From Hormiphora californensis (taxonomy: Eukaryota; Animalia; Ctenophora), in assembly GCA_020137815.1 (NCBI GenBank), contig CM035356.1, positions 3,348,001 through 3,412,000 on the forward strand: a DNA stretch of 64,000 nt, given 5' to 3'. The position numbers were made by a program, and so were the translations under genes. Position 1 is the first letter of the stretch. Every line of letters starts with the position of its first letter. Shown piece after piece: positions 40,737 through 54,433 of the stretch. The notes under the pieces were generated by a model that saw only the letters and a list, made by a program, of their open reading frames with translations, made no database searches and had not been told where the DNA came from.

Positions 40737-41560
40737 AATAACTTTGCGGACGGTAAGTGTTGTTATATCGGTGTTATAGTACTGGGACAACTATTACAAG
40801 AGACACATTAACACAAAAACACGATCAGACTGATCAACAAGCATACATGTCCTTTACTTGTGAGCGTGTGCGAGCCGGTACAATAACTCCTTCAAAAAGC
40901 TATCTTTATCTCTCCATCTATCTTCATCTCTTTCTCTTCTCTATCTTTACCTCTATCTTTTTCTCTCTGGCGATGTATCCTTTGGCTCTACTTAACATTT
41001 TCTAGCATCATCTTATATGCTAATATGAGAGCTGAAATATATGCTGAAATCTTTGTACTTTTCATTTACATAATTGTACATAATGTTTATTAACGCGTCT
41101 CATGTTAATGTACCCCCTTCCTTATTCGTCCCCCACTCTCGCCGCAATGACCCATTTCCCAATACACATTAGTACCTTTATTTCAAGTAGCTCAGTGACT
41201 TTTACAGCAATTCTAGAAGGTGCTAAAAGCAGCTCGCGTCGCTAAACCGTGTGTTGCTTAATCCCCTAATTCTAATCTACTTATTGCACGCACCTTGCAT
41301 ATTCATCTCAAGTTTAATCTACAGCTTAAATGTTTCTACCTTCTATCTCCACAACTCTCTTTCTCTTTCCCTCTCGCTTACTCTATCTTATTATGATCTG
41401 CAATAAGTATAGACTGCATGTCTTGTCTTTTCCCTTAAATTACAAAACCTCGAGGTTCCTCGAGTATCAACAATTCAAGATATAATTGATACCATGATTT
41501 GTCAGTACATATTGACCTTATGTTTCACGAGAACAGTGGTCAGAGAATTGGCCTGACCTA

Positions 41561-41630
41561 TCTGGCACCCCATCTGAGTGCACTGTCCCGCGCTCAGATT
41601 TTAGAATCAAATCGGGGTATGGCGCCGCCT
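41561..41630. repeat. Dispersed ~70-bp repeat; inverted copy at ~48920-48985
   Basis: ACCCCATCTGAG.GCACTGTC..AGAATCAAAT.GGGGTATGGCGCCGC matches the reverse complement of 48920-48985. Confidence 0.7.
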
Positions 41631-42073
41631 CACAGGGCCTAACAGGATACCATCGTTTACCGAACATGATAAGTTATGTCACTGCTGCAGGTGCGTTCCA
41701 CATCACTGATACTGTGTAAATTATTATTATCATGGTCCTATCATGTGATCTCTTGTTGTACCGGAGAAGGTGTGTTTGTGCGAGTTAAGCACGGTGTAAT
41801 TTATATACCAATTAATATCAAGACATCAGCCCTTCTTAAATAACAAATAAATTTGAAACAATATCTGTCTGATTAGTTTGTGTTTTAAAACAATAGGATT
41901 ATAATAGAGATACTGATATCTTACTAAGTGTGGTTCACTTAGCTGCGGTCATGTGTATCGGCGATTATGGGTGCATGTTTCATGGGGATCAATCGGGGCG
42001 AGATCAATCAGGTCATATTAATATCTACCGTGCAAGGATGTCGGGTGGAGAGGGTGAGAGAGAGAGAGAGAGG

Positions 42074-42115
<42 letters not shown>

Positions 42116-42601
42116 ACAGAGGGTGAGAGAGATAGTTATCGTAGTTGGTTTGCATTGTAAGGCCGGGGGAGCGATTAGGTAAGGCGGATCACACGCTGAC
42201 ACAGAATTGATTCCTGTTTCAATTGTTTGGTTGCATCTATTAATTACACGCACCTGATTTCTTATCATCCACGACGCAGGTAAGGTGTCTGTACAATTTA
42301 ATATAATAATACTGCGTTTGTTAAGTAAAAACAGCAAGGTATGTTTCTATAATTTAAAGCTGTAGTACAGAATGAATTAGCTCCACCTTGTGCTAGGAAG
42401 TAGCTCTAATTTTAACTTGTTTTTTGCAGCTTGAGCTACTATATAAAACCTCGAAAAAAATAAAAATTAGAAACCTCTTGATTTAAATTTTGTTATTTCT
42501 CTCTTGCAGTTGGGTTCAATGATCAGACATACCTTACAGACGAGCTCAGATCAGAACTTTACAGACAAATAGTTACAAAACTTGACAGAAAATATAACAC
42601 C

Positions 42602-45600
42602 ATGTAAGTTGTGATCTCAGAGGTCTCAGTGGAAAATAGCCGTGGCCTGAACCTGAGGTTCAGGCACGACTTTTTCCCCCAAAGACTGACCGTGCTGCTG
42701 CAGCACTTATATGTACTAATTGTTGCGTGCATGTCGCACGAATTGGTATAACAGTCATGTAGAATAACGATTACAATATGCCTGCATAGTTTGAATAACC
42801 CAATGTCGCAGAGACGAGTTCCATTGTTTTGTGGTTCACATTGTAAAAAACATAGTGTTTGAATTTGCATAATATTATTCCTAATGGGGAGCTCCACATA
42901 CATAGATATCTAGCGTAAAACATATTGAAAACCTTTTCACACTTCCAGGACGTCCAGCAGTAGTAGCAGCTACAGTGGTAGTGAGGAGGAGATCATCGAG
43001 GAGGTTGTAGAAGAGGTAGTCGAGGTCCGCGGGGGTCGCCGCAGAGGAGGGGGCAGCAGAAAGGGAGGACGGACTAACATCAGGATTGAGGACAACTATG
43101 AAGAAGAGGTTATCATTGAGGATGGTAGCAGTAGTAGTTCCAGTGATGATGATGGTCTGGTTGGGAAGATGAAGGGATTCATCAAGGGGTCCGGATCTAG
43201 CTCCTCCTCTTCCTCTTCCTCTTCCGATGAAGAAGAAGTTGTTGAGGAGGTGGTCGAGGAGGTGGTTGTTCGAGGGAGGAAGGGAGGTAAGAGGGGCAGC
43301 AGGAAGGGCAGGACAGTACACGAGGAGGATGAAGAGGAGGAGATAGTTGAAGAAGTTGTGGAGGAGGTCCAGGTGGTCAGAGGGGGCAGGAAGGGATCCC
43401 GTAGGGGTTCCAAGAAAGGAAGATCTGGCCATGAAGAAGAAGAGGAAGAGATTGAGGAAATTATTGAAGAGGAGGTGGTGGTAATGAGGGGCGGTCCAAA
43501 ACGAAGTAGCAGGAGGAGGAGAAGTAAGAGCAAGGACACGTCCAGTGAGGAAGAAATCATCGAAGAGGAGGAAATCATCGAGGAAATGGTGGTCCGAGGA
43601 CCAAGGAGGAAGAAGAAGAGCAAGAGTAGGAGCAAGGATGGTGGCAGTTCTTCTGAGGAAGAAATTATCGAAGAGGAGGAGATTGTTGAAGAAGTCGTTG
43701 TGAAGGGACGTAGAAAGAGGAGGAGTAAGAGTGGGAACAAGAGTGGTAGCAGTAGTTCCAGTTCGGATGAGGGTGTAGTTGAGAAAATCACCGACTTCCT
43801 CAAGGGCTCCTCCTCTTCCAGTTCCTCTTCTGACGAGAGTATTGTTGTGGAGGAAGAGATTGTATCAGTGGATATGGGCGCCCCAAGTGAGTCCAGCTCC
43901 CTGATGATCGAAAAGGAGTATGCTGAGACAAAGAAACCGGCCCATTCCTTCAGGAACTTCGCTGTTGGCCAATCGTACGATGCCAAGTTAACCGTAAAGA
44001 GAAAGTCCACTTCTCCAGTACCGGAAGAAAAGAAGCCTGCTCCAATCAAACCTAGGAACTCTCCCCTCAACTCAACGTTCATCAAGACACCTGCCAAGAA
44101 GGTCGGACCCCCACCACCGCCCAGGGTTGAGAAACCAGCCCCGGTGAAGGCCAAGTTCACCCCTCCTGTCAGAAAGGCTGCAGCCCCAGTTGTCAAGTCA
44201 CTGAGGAAGCCAGTGTACAAGAAGGTCCGGGGACCGAGACAGCTCCCTCCTTGGGATGACAGTTTTTGTGATGGAAAAGATGGACTTGGCGGTGGGGATA
44301 CCGGGTTCAGACCTTTCTACGGAGGGGGTGGAGGTGGTGGAGGTGGTGGTAGGGTAACCACATTCACTACTAAGACCTTTGTTTGTAAGGATACCTCCTG
44401 CAGGAATAGATCCTGTGCCGATCCCAACTGTGGTGCGAGGAACTGGAACAACAGAAGGGAGTCCCACATTCAGACCATCTCGTTCGGTAACCACACTAAA
44501 AAGACCGATACCTCATCGTCTAGTTCCAGCAGCTCTTCAGACGATCAGGCACGCAATGGTAGGAGGACTAGGATTATCCGAGGAGAAAACACCACCAATA
44601 GCACAACAATCATTGATAACGTCAAGATAATCAAGACGACCGGAGCTTCTTCCTCTTCTTCTGATGAAGGAAAGGGGAGAGTTAGGAGGTTCAGTGGACG
44701 GTGTAACACCAGAGATTGTCCTGATAACAAGAACTGCCCCAGACCCCGTCACCACATGACCCGGAGTGGCTCAGTGGAACGGGACAATGTCACTGATGTT
44801 CATCTTGCACACGACTACACTGGTGACAAGGTTGTGGTGACTGAGATAACGGAGAACACCACGATGAATGTAGGAGGTGGAGGTGAAGAGTGTGATGTGT
44901 GCCACACCTGCATTAAATCCTGCACCGCCAACCACTACAACCACAACCACAGTGATTTGTTCAATTACACATGCGACAAGCACACAGAGAAGCAGTCTAC
45001 CAGTCACAGGGACTTTGTAGGGGGTGAGGGTGAGCGAGCTGATATTGAGATCAGAAACAGGATTGATACAGTCAAAGAGATGTATGGTCCTGGCGGGGAG
45101 TGGGGCACCACTAACAAGGGAGATTTTGTGCCCATGGAGGGTCAGCGAGATAAGGATTACAAGGACAAAAACTCGAGGGACCACGTTGTTTTGGGGAGTG
45201 ACAAGTTCAACTCCCAGACCTCCTACGATGCTACATACCACGATTGGGAGTATGTTAGGGAGGGGAACTATAAGGATAAAGTCTCCAAGGATCACATTGT
45301 GTTTGGGAGCAGTAATCATCTGGAACGGAAGGATGATTATGGGACGTGGGAGATGGTGGAGGATAAGGACACAAGGAATGTAAACAGACAGAGGAACAAC
45401 TCACACTTCACCATGGGGTTGGATAAGATGACTAGGTCGACCTCGTATGATGCTCACTACACTGAGCACGATTACCGAAGGGATAGTACGAACTACAAGG
45501 AGCCTAACAGTAGAGATCACATTAAGGATCATTATCTTGATAGATCTCCTATTGACAGGAAGGATGACTACGGCAACTTTGATCACGTCAAACCGGAGAG

Positions 45601-47131
45601 ATCCACCACCCGGAAGAACGATTCAACCCTGGTTCTAGGGAAGAACAGGGATGAAATCACACGACACCACTATTACGGGGTGTGGGACCGGGAGAGTTCC
45701 GAGTATAATCGGGATATGGCCCGTGTGAACCGGGAGAATTGTTACAGCAAGACTGTCCTGGGACAGGATAAGCAGAAACACGGAACTTCCTATGATCATG
45801 ATTACACGGAGAAAAAGATAAAGAGAGAGGTAAGGTGTAGCTGTATGAATTGTCCTTCTTGCCATTTCCAACACACCAGGAAGGCCTGTGTCGTGTGTGT
45901 AAGGGAAGGCCCTGAGACTAAGAGTATTGTGAAGAAGGATAAGGAGCAGAAGGATGACAAGAAGGATATTCCAGCCATCAAGAATAAGGGAGATACTCTA
46001 CGGGATCCTAAAGGAACATGGGACGGGGGTAAAGGGGTCAAGAATCCTGTTTCTAGTAAGAAGGTGAGTGTATCATACAACATGAATGCTTCTTCCAGCA
46101 ACATGCAAAATGGCCGAAACATCGCCTACCATTCTAACCATGGAAACCATTCAGACTCCTATAACAACCATGGAAACTCCTCCTCCTTTAACCAACAAAC
46201 TTCTTCCCACTCAAACGGTGCTGCAAGAAGGTTCTCTGATATTCACAGGAACCTTGAAACTCACTCTAACACTCACAATGTGACCATGTATCAATCGTCC
46301 GGCCAAGGTCATTCTGGGTCATACGGCCATGAGGGTCATTCTGGGTCATACGGCCACTCAGGAGCAACACAAGCCCACTCAGGAGCATCACATGCCCACT
46401 CAGGAGCATCACATGCCCACTCAGGAGCATCACATGCCCACTCAGGAGCATCAAATACCCATTCATTAGGCGCAAGGGAGATCCATGGCGATTCAAAACA
46501 CTTTCACTCCTCATTCAACCGTCAGACCTCTAACACCAACACCGTGGCACGTCGGTTCTCTGATATTCACCAACACATTGACCAAGATTCCCACCACCAC
46601 CAAGATACTCACCACCACCAACAATCTGGTGGAGGGCATCACTCTGAAAATGTTGTCATCTCCTCTCATCATGACGGCAGGCACACCACCAACTCTTCCC
46701 ACGGGCACACCGCCAACTCTTCTCACGGCGGGCACACCGCCAACTCTTCTTCCAACATGAAAAGTTCCCTGAAACGCTCCTCTTCTGATCAGCACCACGC
46801 TTCTAACAACTCTTCCGGATCTTTGAGACGCTCCCACTCACACTCCAACTCCAACTCCCAGCGAGGCGGGACGGTTTGGTTCCACTCGGTGGGCGAGCTG
46901 GAGGACTCCACCACCACTACCACCGTCCAGCAGCAGATACATGGGGAGGTGCACTCTAACCGGAGACGGGCTATGAGCACTAACTGGGCCATGGGTGATA
47001 ACACCCACTACTGGGGACCCACACCTGATCACCGACCACGACACCTCCGGGAGTCGGGTGGAGGAGGACATGATCACCAATCTGCTAGACAACAGAACAG
47101 ACAACGACAAGCCAGCTCTATTGTCTTCTAG
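42602..47131 (+). CDS. ~1394-aa low-complexity protein with charge-block repeats and SAXO/Mn-motif-like repeats
   Basis: The reading frame is open from acceptor ttccAG|42949 to TAG at 47131, 73 codons earlier than the ORF-track start. Probable ATG = AT(42602-42603)+G(42949). Contains EEIIEEVV/RGGRKG/poly-S blocks, a Pro/Lys region, Cys clusters, repeats such as SHFTMGLDKMTRSTSYDAHY, and a His/Ser-rich tail with GASHAHS repeats. Confidence 0.85.
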
Positions 47132-47309
47132 GAAGCTGATTAAGGGACGATTAGCATTCGACAGAGTTCTCTAAAACTTTCGATTATTTTGTAAATCTGT
47201 CAAGTTTTCCTGATAAGCCAAGACTGTCAGTCAGGGTGGTAAATATCAGCTTCAGGGTAGTAGTCAGGGTAGTAGTAGAAGGAAAATGAAAGATAGCTAA
47301 ACATCTGTA

Positions 47310-47410
47310 TGCTAGACATTTCTAGACATATGTCTGCTAGACATTTCTAGACATCTGTCTAGTTGACATGTCTAGACATCTGTCTAGTTGACATGTCTAG
47401 ACATCTGTCA
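47310..47410. repeat. Tandem self-complementary repeat in the probable 3' UTR
   Basis: CTAGACAT(C/T)TGTCTAGTTGACATGT units. Confidence 0.75.
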
Positions 47411-49161
47411 AGACTACAAAGAAATCTGTGGAGCTACTTTAGATTGTACAAAGACTTTTGTGACAAATTTTTAACCCTTTCGATAGCTAGTTTATAGCTT
47501 GTTATTACAAAATGTTATTAGAAATCTTTTGTGTTTTGATTTGTCAAGAGAGGGAGCTGGAGAGCGAGAGTGAGAGAGTGAGAGAGTGGGAGAAAGATGC
47601 AGAGAGACAGAGAGAGACAGAGAGAGACAGAGAGAGACAGAGAGACAGAGAGAGCGGACATTGTGCCTAGCATTTATTCCATTGGTTTGGGTGGAAACTA
47701 ATAATTACCAGTTTTATGGTATTTGAGATTGTAAATAAAAAGTATCGGAAATAGGCGCCTGGGTAGGAGTATAGTACATTTGTGGGCATTACATATAATA
47801 ATGAATACTCTTCCGTGCCATGCTGCACTGATCGGGTGGTACTCAACTTTTAGTTTTACAAGTTGAATACATTTGTCATTTGCAGCTCCCAGCCACCACA
47901 CCCTCCATTTTGTATAGTGTTTCAAAAGTAAGTAAGTAATAGTGTGTCACTAGCTAGAAAGGAAGGAATCGATCCTTCCCTTTAATTTCCCGAAGAGGTT
48001 GTAGAGTTTTCTGCCCATCACACCATTAAATAGCATTTCTACTACTAGCATTAGTCATGTTTCTTTTTGCAGTAGGTTGGAAAGAAGTGATTACCGGAGA
48101 GAATATAGACAAGAAGGTAGAAGGGGTGGGCAAGATCGGGATCATCAAAGCATCATCCGTGATCTGTGTTAGAGGATTAGAGGGGAAGATAGATAGCTGA
48201 GAGAGAGATGGAGAGAGACAGATACACAGAGAAATGGAACGATATAGTTGCTCAATTTGTGAGAGTGTGAAATCAGGAGTCAGTTGATGGCTGATCCTCC
48301 TAGTGTGAAACCAGGTGTGTGGTACTAATACAACTTGTTGAGTAACAAAATACAACGTTATCTGATCTGTAACTCGAATGATATGGCTCAATCCTACACA
48401 CCTGCAGCAGTAGGCACCTCACCCAGTATATGAGTTTAGTAGTTTGAAATGTATTAGCCAGTTATCCAAGCACCGATCAAAAGTACATACAGTCGACCGT
48501 GAGAAGTTTCACAAAGATTCACGGTCCTAAATTTAAGGTTTATCGAGAATAGACCCAGATTGACATAATTGTCGACATTGGGGGAAAACAGTCGTGCCTA
48601 AACCTCAGGTTCAGGCCACGGCTATTTCCCCCATGGCCTGCATTGTTAGTAGTATTATAGTCAGTATTCTGCCAATCCGAGCTGGCACAGAGGGAGAATG
48701 ATCAGAGTCTTACTGATCAGAAGTGTTAAAAGGTTTCCCAGTTTTGAGTGTCAGTTTTAGATGGGTTCATGATCTTCCTAGGAACATGTCTCACTCTCCG
48801 ATTAATGAACTTGCAGAATATTTTACTGCTGATCTTCGTTTAACCACCTGATGCAATGACATTGCAGCAATGTGTCTTACTGATCTTCCACTTTTCAAAG
48901 GGCGTATAAACGCTGTATCGCGGCGCCATACCCCAATTTGATTCTCAAAGCGACAGTGCGCTCAGATGGGGTCGGCGGCGCCAGACAGTATAAACGTAAG
49001 TTAGTGATTATGCGGCCCTTGTGATCGCGTAATTGTTGTTAAAATGTCACTATCTATAAAAGTAATGATCATTATTAATCATCCGATATTAATAGCTTTA
49101 ATTAAATGCCAATGATTAAACCCCTCGTCCTTTAGATTTTAAACAGGAACGCCTGTTTTAA

Positions 49162-50041
49162 CCCTTTGAGACCGATAGGGTCACCAGTGACCCCACGCTA
49201 ATTATGCATCTAGCGTCTGTCCGAACTAAATCTAAGAAGTTTAAATGGTTTTCTGGGTTAGAATAGACACTTTTTGGCTGTTTTTGGGGTCATTTTAAGC
49301 TTTGAACATCTTAGTTTACTAGAAATGCCAACTCTAAGCCATAAAAGTTGAAATTTTGGTGTAAAGTTGGCCATATCTCTAAAACGGTATAAGTAAGCCA
49401 ATAATGGACCTACAAATCAAAAGAAAACCATAGGTTTTACCCCGGTATGAAGTTTCGTGATGATTTGATCAAATTTACAACGCTCAGAGGGCAAATAATG
49501 CCGGGGTCACCAGTGACCCTATCGTCCCCTAACGCTAATATAGAAATTTGGATTTTACGTGCATTTCTAAAGGATTGGCCACCGATAAAGGTCTAAAACG
49601 GCATTTTTCAAACGGGTGCTAGCGACTAACCGACTCCATCAGTGTTATCTATACATCTTAGAGAGTCGCTGAAAAATTTTTTGAGATTCGTGCTCCTTCA
49701 TAAAAATTTTCATCTCGGCCAATTTGAAATTCTAAAATCGGCTACAGATGAGATACAGAGTTCCATAGGGTGTGTAAAATGTGCAGAATGGCCGGGTTTA
49801 TATAAGTGTTATGAAGAAACATAGGGTCTAAGATGAGCGGTTTTCGAGTTATGAGGCAAAATAGCTACGAAATCTCAATTGTTTGCATTCCATTTGAGAC
49901 CGATAGGGTCACTGGTGACCCCACAGAAACAAAGTTCGTAGAGACGAGTTTTTTGGTTCTGCTTTCAAGTAGGCTTGTTAGGAGTGTCTCCAGCAATTTT
50001 CAGATATTTCTGTCGATGGCGCCACTATCGGTCCCAAAGGG
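49162..50041. mobile_element. Non-autonomous piggyBac element
   Basis: TTAA TSD (49158-49161, 50042-50045); TIR CCCTTTG(A/G)GACCGATAG; internal GATAGGGTCAC..GTGACCCC repeats at ~49174, ~49504 (inverted) and ~49902. Confidence 0.9.
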
Positions 50042-50224
50042 TTAATAAAATAAATCATGCTGCTGCTCCTCTCAGGTATATAACGTCCTCCTCTAAACAT
50101 ATCACTTAGGACTTTAACACCTGTACCGATTCCTGTCACTGCTTAGCGGTATAGTGATAGATCTGTAGAGATAGATAGAGACAGAGAGAGGGGGGAGAGA
50201 GGGAGAGAGATCAGAGAGAGGAGA

Positions 50225-50356
<132 letters not shown>

Positions 50357-52210
50357 AGAGAGAGAAAGAGAGGGAAGGAGAATATCGTGTTACATGCTTA
50401 CATTGCATTATACTTAACTTTTGAAATCCATTTGATCATTGGGATGGAGCATTTGGTATTAGTAAACAAGTCAAATATTATATCACCTTGATTGAAACTT
50501 GTTCTAGACTTCCGAAATCTGGCCAAAAGCCTTGCCATGCGATTTATGGAAAATGAGCTTCGTACGCTACAGACTGTTATAATGAATTCTCCCGGAAATG
50601 TGCTATTTAAAAATCCCCCTTTTCCTCCAAAATAGCCTATTTTTGGAGGAAAAGAGGGATTTTCTGTCTGCACTAGTTATATGAAATCGTCTAGAGAGTG
50701 AGGAAGAGTCTGTTTCATCATGTAGCGATACTTATATTTTTCTACCACAGTCTCTATCTAGAATTTGTCTACCATTGGGTATCGTACAAATAATGGGGGA
50801 AGTAGAAAAAAGGAGAGAAAAGAGGGAGAAGAGCAAGAGAGAGAGCGAAAGAAAGAACTTAGATTGCGGTACGTAGTGAAAAAGAAATCGCGATCGATAG
50901 TTGCATGATATTGTATAAATTTCGAAATCTATAAAATTGACTTTTATAAAATTGTTGTAATGCTCCTATTTTCTGCCCCTTTTAAAGGAGAATTTACAGC
51001 TCCTCTTTGCCCAATTGACGCTACGTCAGGGCATGCTCTATACATATACGGCTGGGGTCTCTCTTGCTCTGCCGAACCCTCAAAAAAGGTCTCTCACGTT
51101 CCTTAGAACAGTTCATTACGGCTCTTGGCTCTACCGAAGGCTCTTGGCAGGGGTATATTACCTTGACTTTACCGCGAAGAACCGGCCCCTGTTCTATAAA
51201 TTGACCTGTTCTCCTTCCACTGAATTATGATATCTCTCTCACTCTCAATTTAGAACATGGCATAATAAGCTGTATATGGTTTACCTAATTTGTGCTTTTT
51301 AACAGCAATTACCATGCCTCACGTTTCCACTACCGAATCACGGTCCCGCACTGCCGAAATTAAACATTTCCAACTAAAATCGCCACTCCTGAGATCACGG
51401 CTCCCAACCGCTGCAGAGACACAACCATAAATGCCTACCAACCATATACCACAATTTAACTCTTCGAGACCACGAAAATGTCTAGAGATTGCCGTATATA
51501 AAGCTTGCCGCAGCGATATAAAGTGGGACTGTCAGAATTGAAGTTCTTTCTACAATATTTCGTCTAATTATATGTCTGTAGCAGACAGTCTTCGCATTCT
51601 GTAATAGCTCTGTCAGTGACAGAACTTTTACAGAATGCCGAGATGTCACTGTCATTGTCTTTACCAGATCGCCAGGCCCATATTTGCACTTAAAAAGTAG
51701 AATATGCAATTTTGGAGAATTTCTTTATAGATATCTGCACTAAGATCTTATATTTCACATTTTTTTCCTGCTAAAAATGTTCACTTTTCCTTAAAATTCA
51801 GTATAATCCCATTTTTCTAAGTGACCATGGACCTCTATCTTGAAATAGCTTCAAAGTAAAATAGCATTGTCTTTGTTTCACTGCTTTGATCTTAAATGGT
51901 CATTTTTTGCATGCTTTATTATCGAACTGATATAGAGCAAAATCTGACCCCGTTCCATTATTTTATTGATAAAAAGAATCGTTTTGTACCTTGACTGCAT
52001 GGTAGCAGCAGCTCCCCCAGCTATGTTACTCAATGCGTGGTGCTGGTCATGTGACTTTTTCATTGTTTTCTAGGGCATTGTCCTCCACAAAATGGTGTCA
52101 GAAAGAAAGAGAGACGTGAGAGAGAGGGAGAGTGAGAGTAAGAGAGAGAGAGAGAGAGAAAGAGAGAGAGTGAAAGAGACTAGAGGGTGAGCGAGAGAGA
52201 GAGAGTGAGT

Positions 52211-52294
<84 letters not shown>

Positions 52295-53125
52295 GAGAGA
52301 GAGAAAGAGAGAGCCGAGCATTAAAAAGAGAGCCGGACCAGAGAATAAGTCTTTCTGAAGGAGCTTCCTGTTAAAAGAACTTTAGTTTGTCCGTTCCTGC
52401 AAAATGGGACATAGGTTATAATACCTACAGGTATATTACCCCTCTGAAGGTCCCTGGTTCGTTTTCCAGTCAAACTGAGTACTTCGATTTTCTTCCCAAT
52501 TTTATTCTTGCTCATATTTCATTTAGAATAATCAATAATAGCAGTTATAGTTTTTATTCTAAAATAACGCTTTTACTGCAGAACGTAGACCGACAAGAAT
52601 ATCGACACCGTCGACTGCTTTTCCGGTGGCATACTTAACAGCTGTATGTGCATAGTGCTATCGACTTTCGGGGACTACCATGAAATTTCAGGGTCTATAT
52701 TGAACCTGCTTGAATTGTTTATACTTTCTTTCTGGAGCACAGACACAGTGTCAGGCGACTCAAGAACTAGCGGGCTCTATTATATCGGTATCGCGCTATT
52801 TTGATTTTTCTGAATTGTTTCAAAATAAGTTATAGTTTGGGATGAAGTGGGGAGTGGGAGGGAATGAGGGATTTATAAAAGCTTCATCTGCACTTACCCA
52901 TTAAGAAATGGGGGCATCCCTCGTCTGCTAGTGGAGAGAAATCTGTTGGGCAATCCATGGTCCCCGCAATCTATTGTCCACACAATATATACTGCCCTTC
53001 TCATCAAAGCTAATTTACATTTGACGCAAGGTCCCGTTCAAAAATCCTCATTTTTATTCAAATCCTGCACTCAATCTTCCGAGGGGTTATGCGCTTTCTA
53101 ACTATCTCTCTCACTATCTCTCTCA

Positions 53126-53198
<73 letters not shown>

Positions 53199-53947
53199 AG
53201 CACGTGCAAAGAATTTTATTATTTATTACCTTCAGTTTCAATTGCTTCGGATTGAGTTAGGCCGGCAGGCACCTCCGATCACAAACTTCGGGTCGGACGA
53301 GGGGAAGCTTGCCATTTGAAATGATACTACTATGATTCGGTATAAGAATGACATACTGCCTATGATTCATATACCTCTACCAGTTCTGCAGAAATCGTAA
53401 ACTGTCAAAAAGGTGTAGTCAGGGAGGAGCCTATTTTATCCTCAAATATGCAAATTCCAGTTCTAATATGGAAACACGTAGTATTTTTAGACCCTATAGA
53501 TAGAGGCTTCGAGGACAGAAATTAGTATATGGGAACATGATAAAGTGATAAACATATCCTCCCATTTTACCATCTTACCACTTAACTGTTATACGTTGTG
53601 TAGCATATGCGAATATTTATATTGATCACTTCGAGGGGCATTCAGTAAGGGCCCTATATAGGAACCGCGGCTAGTTCCTGTATATGACATTCTTATTCTC
53701 AATATAATTCCTCTATATTCCTCCATATAGTTCCTCTCTACATCTCCTAGCTATAACTAGTACTCGCGCTAAGGATCGTCATTCCAGCTGCTATATAAAT
53801 GTTATTTACACCGGTTTATGGCCATGCTCCTTACAAAATGCTGTTGTTATTACCCCACCTATATTTTAGAAATGTGGGTATAAAATAATTGAGTGCCATA
53901 ATTGTGCAGCTGCCGACCAAGTTCTAACAGATCTCTCGGCTACATCT

Positions 53948-54123
<176 letters not shown>

Positions 54124-54433
54124 TCTCTCTCTCTCTCTCCTCTCTCTCCCCCCCATCTCATAGAGGGTGGGGATCCTAATAACCCCGCACTGGAGTCTGG
54201 CTCGAGTTGCCAGCTGTTCATGGAGGACTAGCTCCTCAAGAACTTATGGATCACATAATGATTAATGCTACATCGAGAGAGAGGGGGATAGGAGAGATCT
54301 ACGATGTAGAAACCATGTTAGTCTAGGGGAGGGATGGGTTTATTGCCCCAACAAGTTATAACGTATAAGAGTTCTGCTATGAAGCCTTTTCCGTCTGCAA
54401 CTTCAAATAATAGGTTTACTATGCAGTTACATA

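Noticed and set aside
40737-40790. ORF-track N-terminal extension of the BTB protein
   Set aside because: Begins at TTG directly after a splice acceptor; first ATG is at 40736 (an upstream coding exon cannot be excluded)
42881-44220. Antisense ORFs of 183 and 374 aa
   Set aside because: Shadows of the low-complexity + strand CDS
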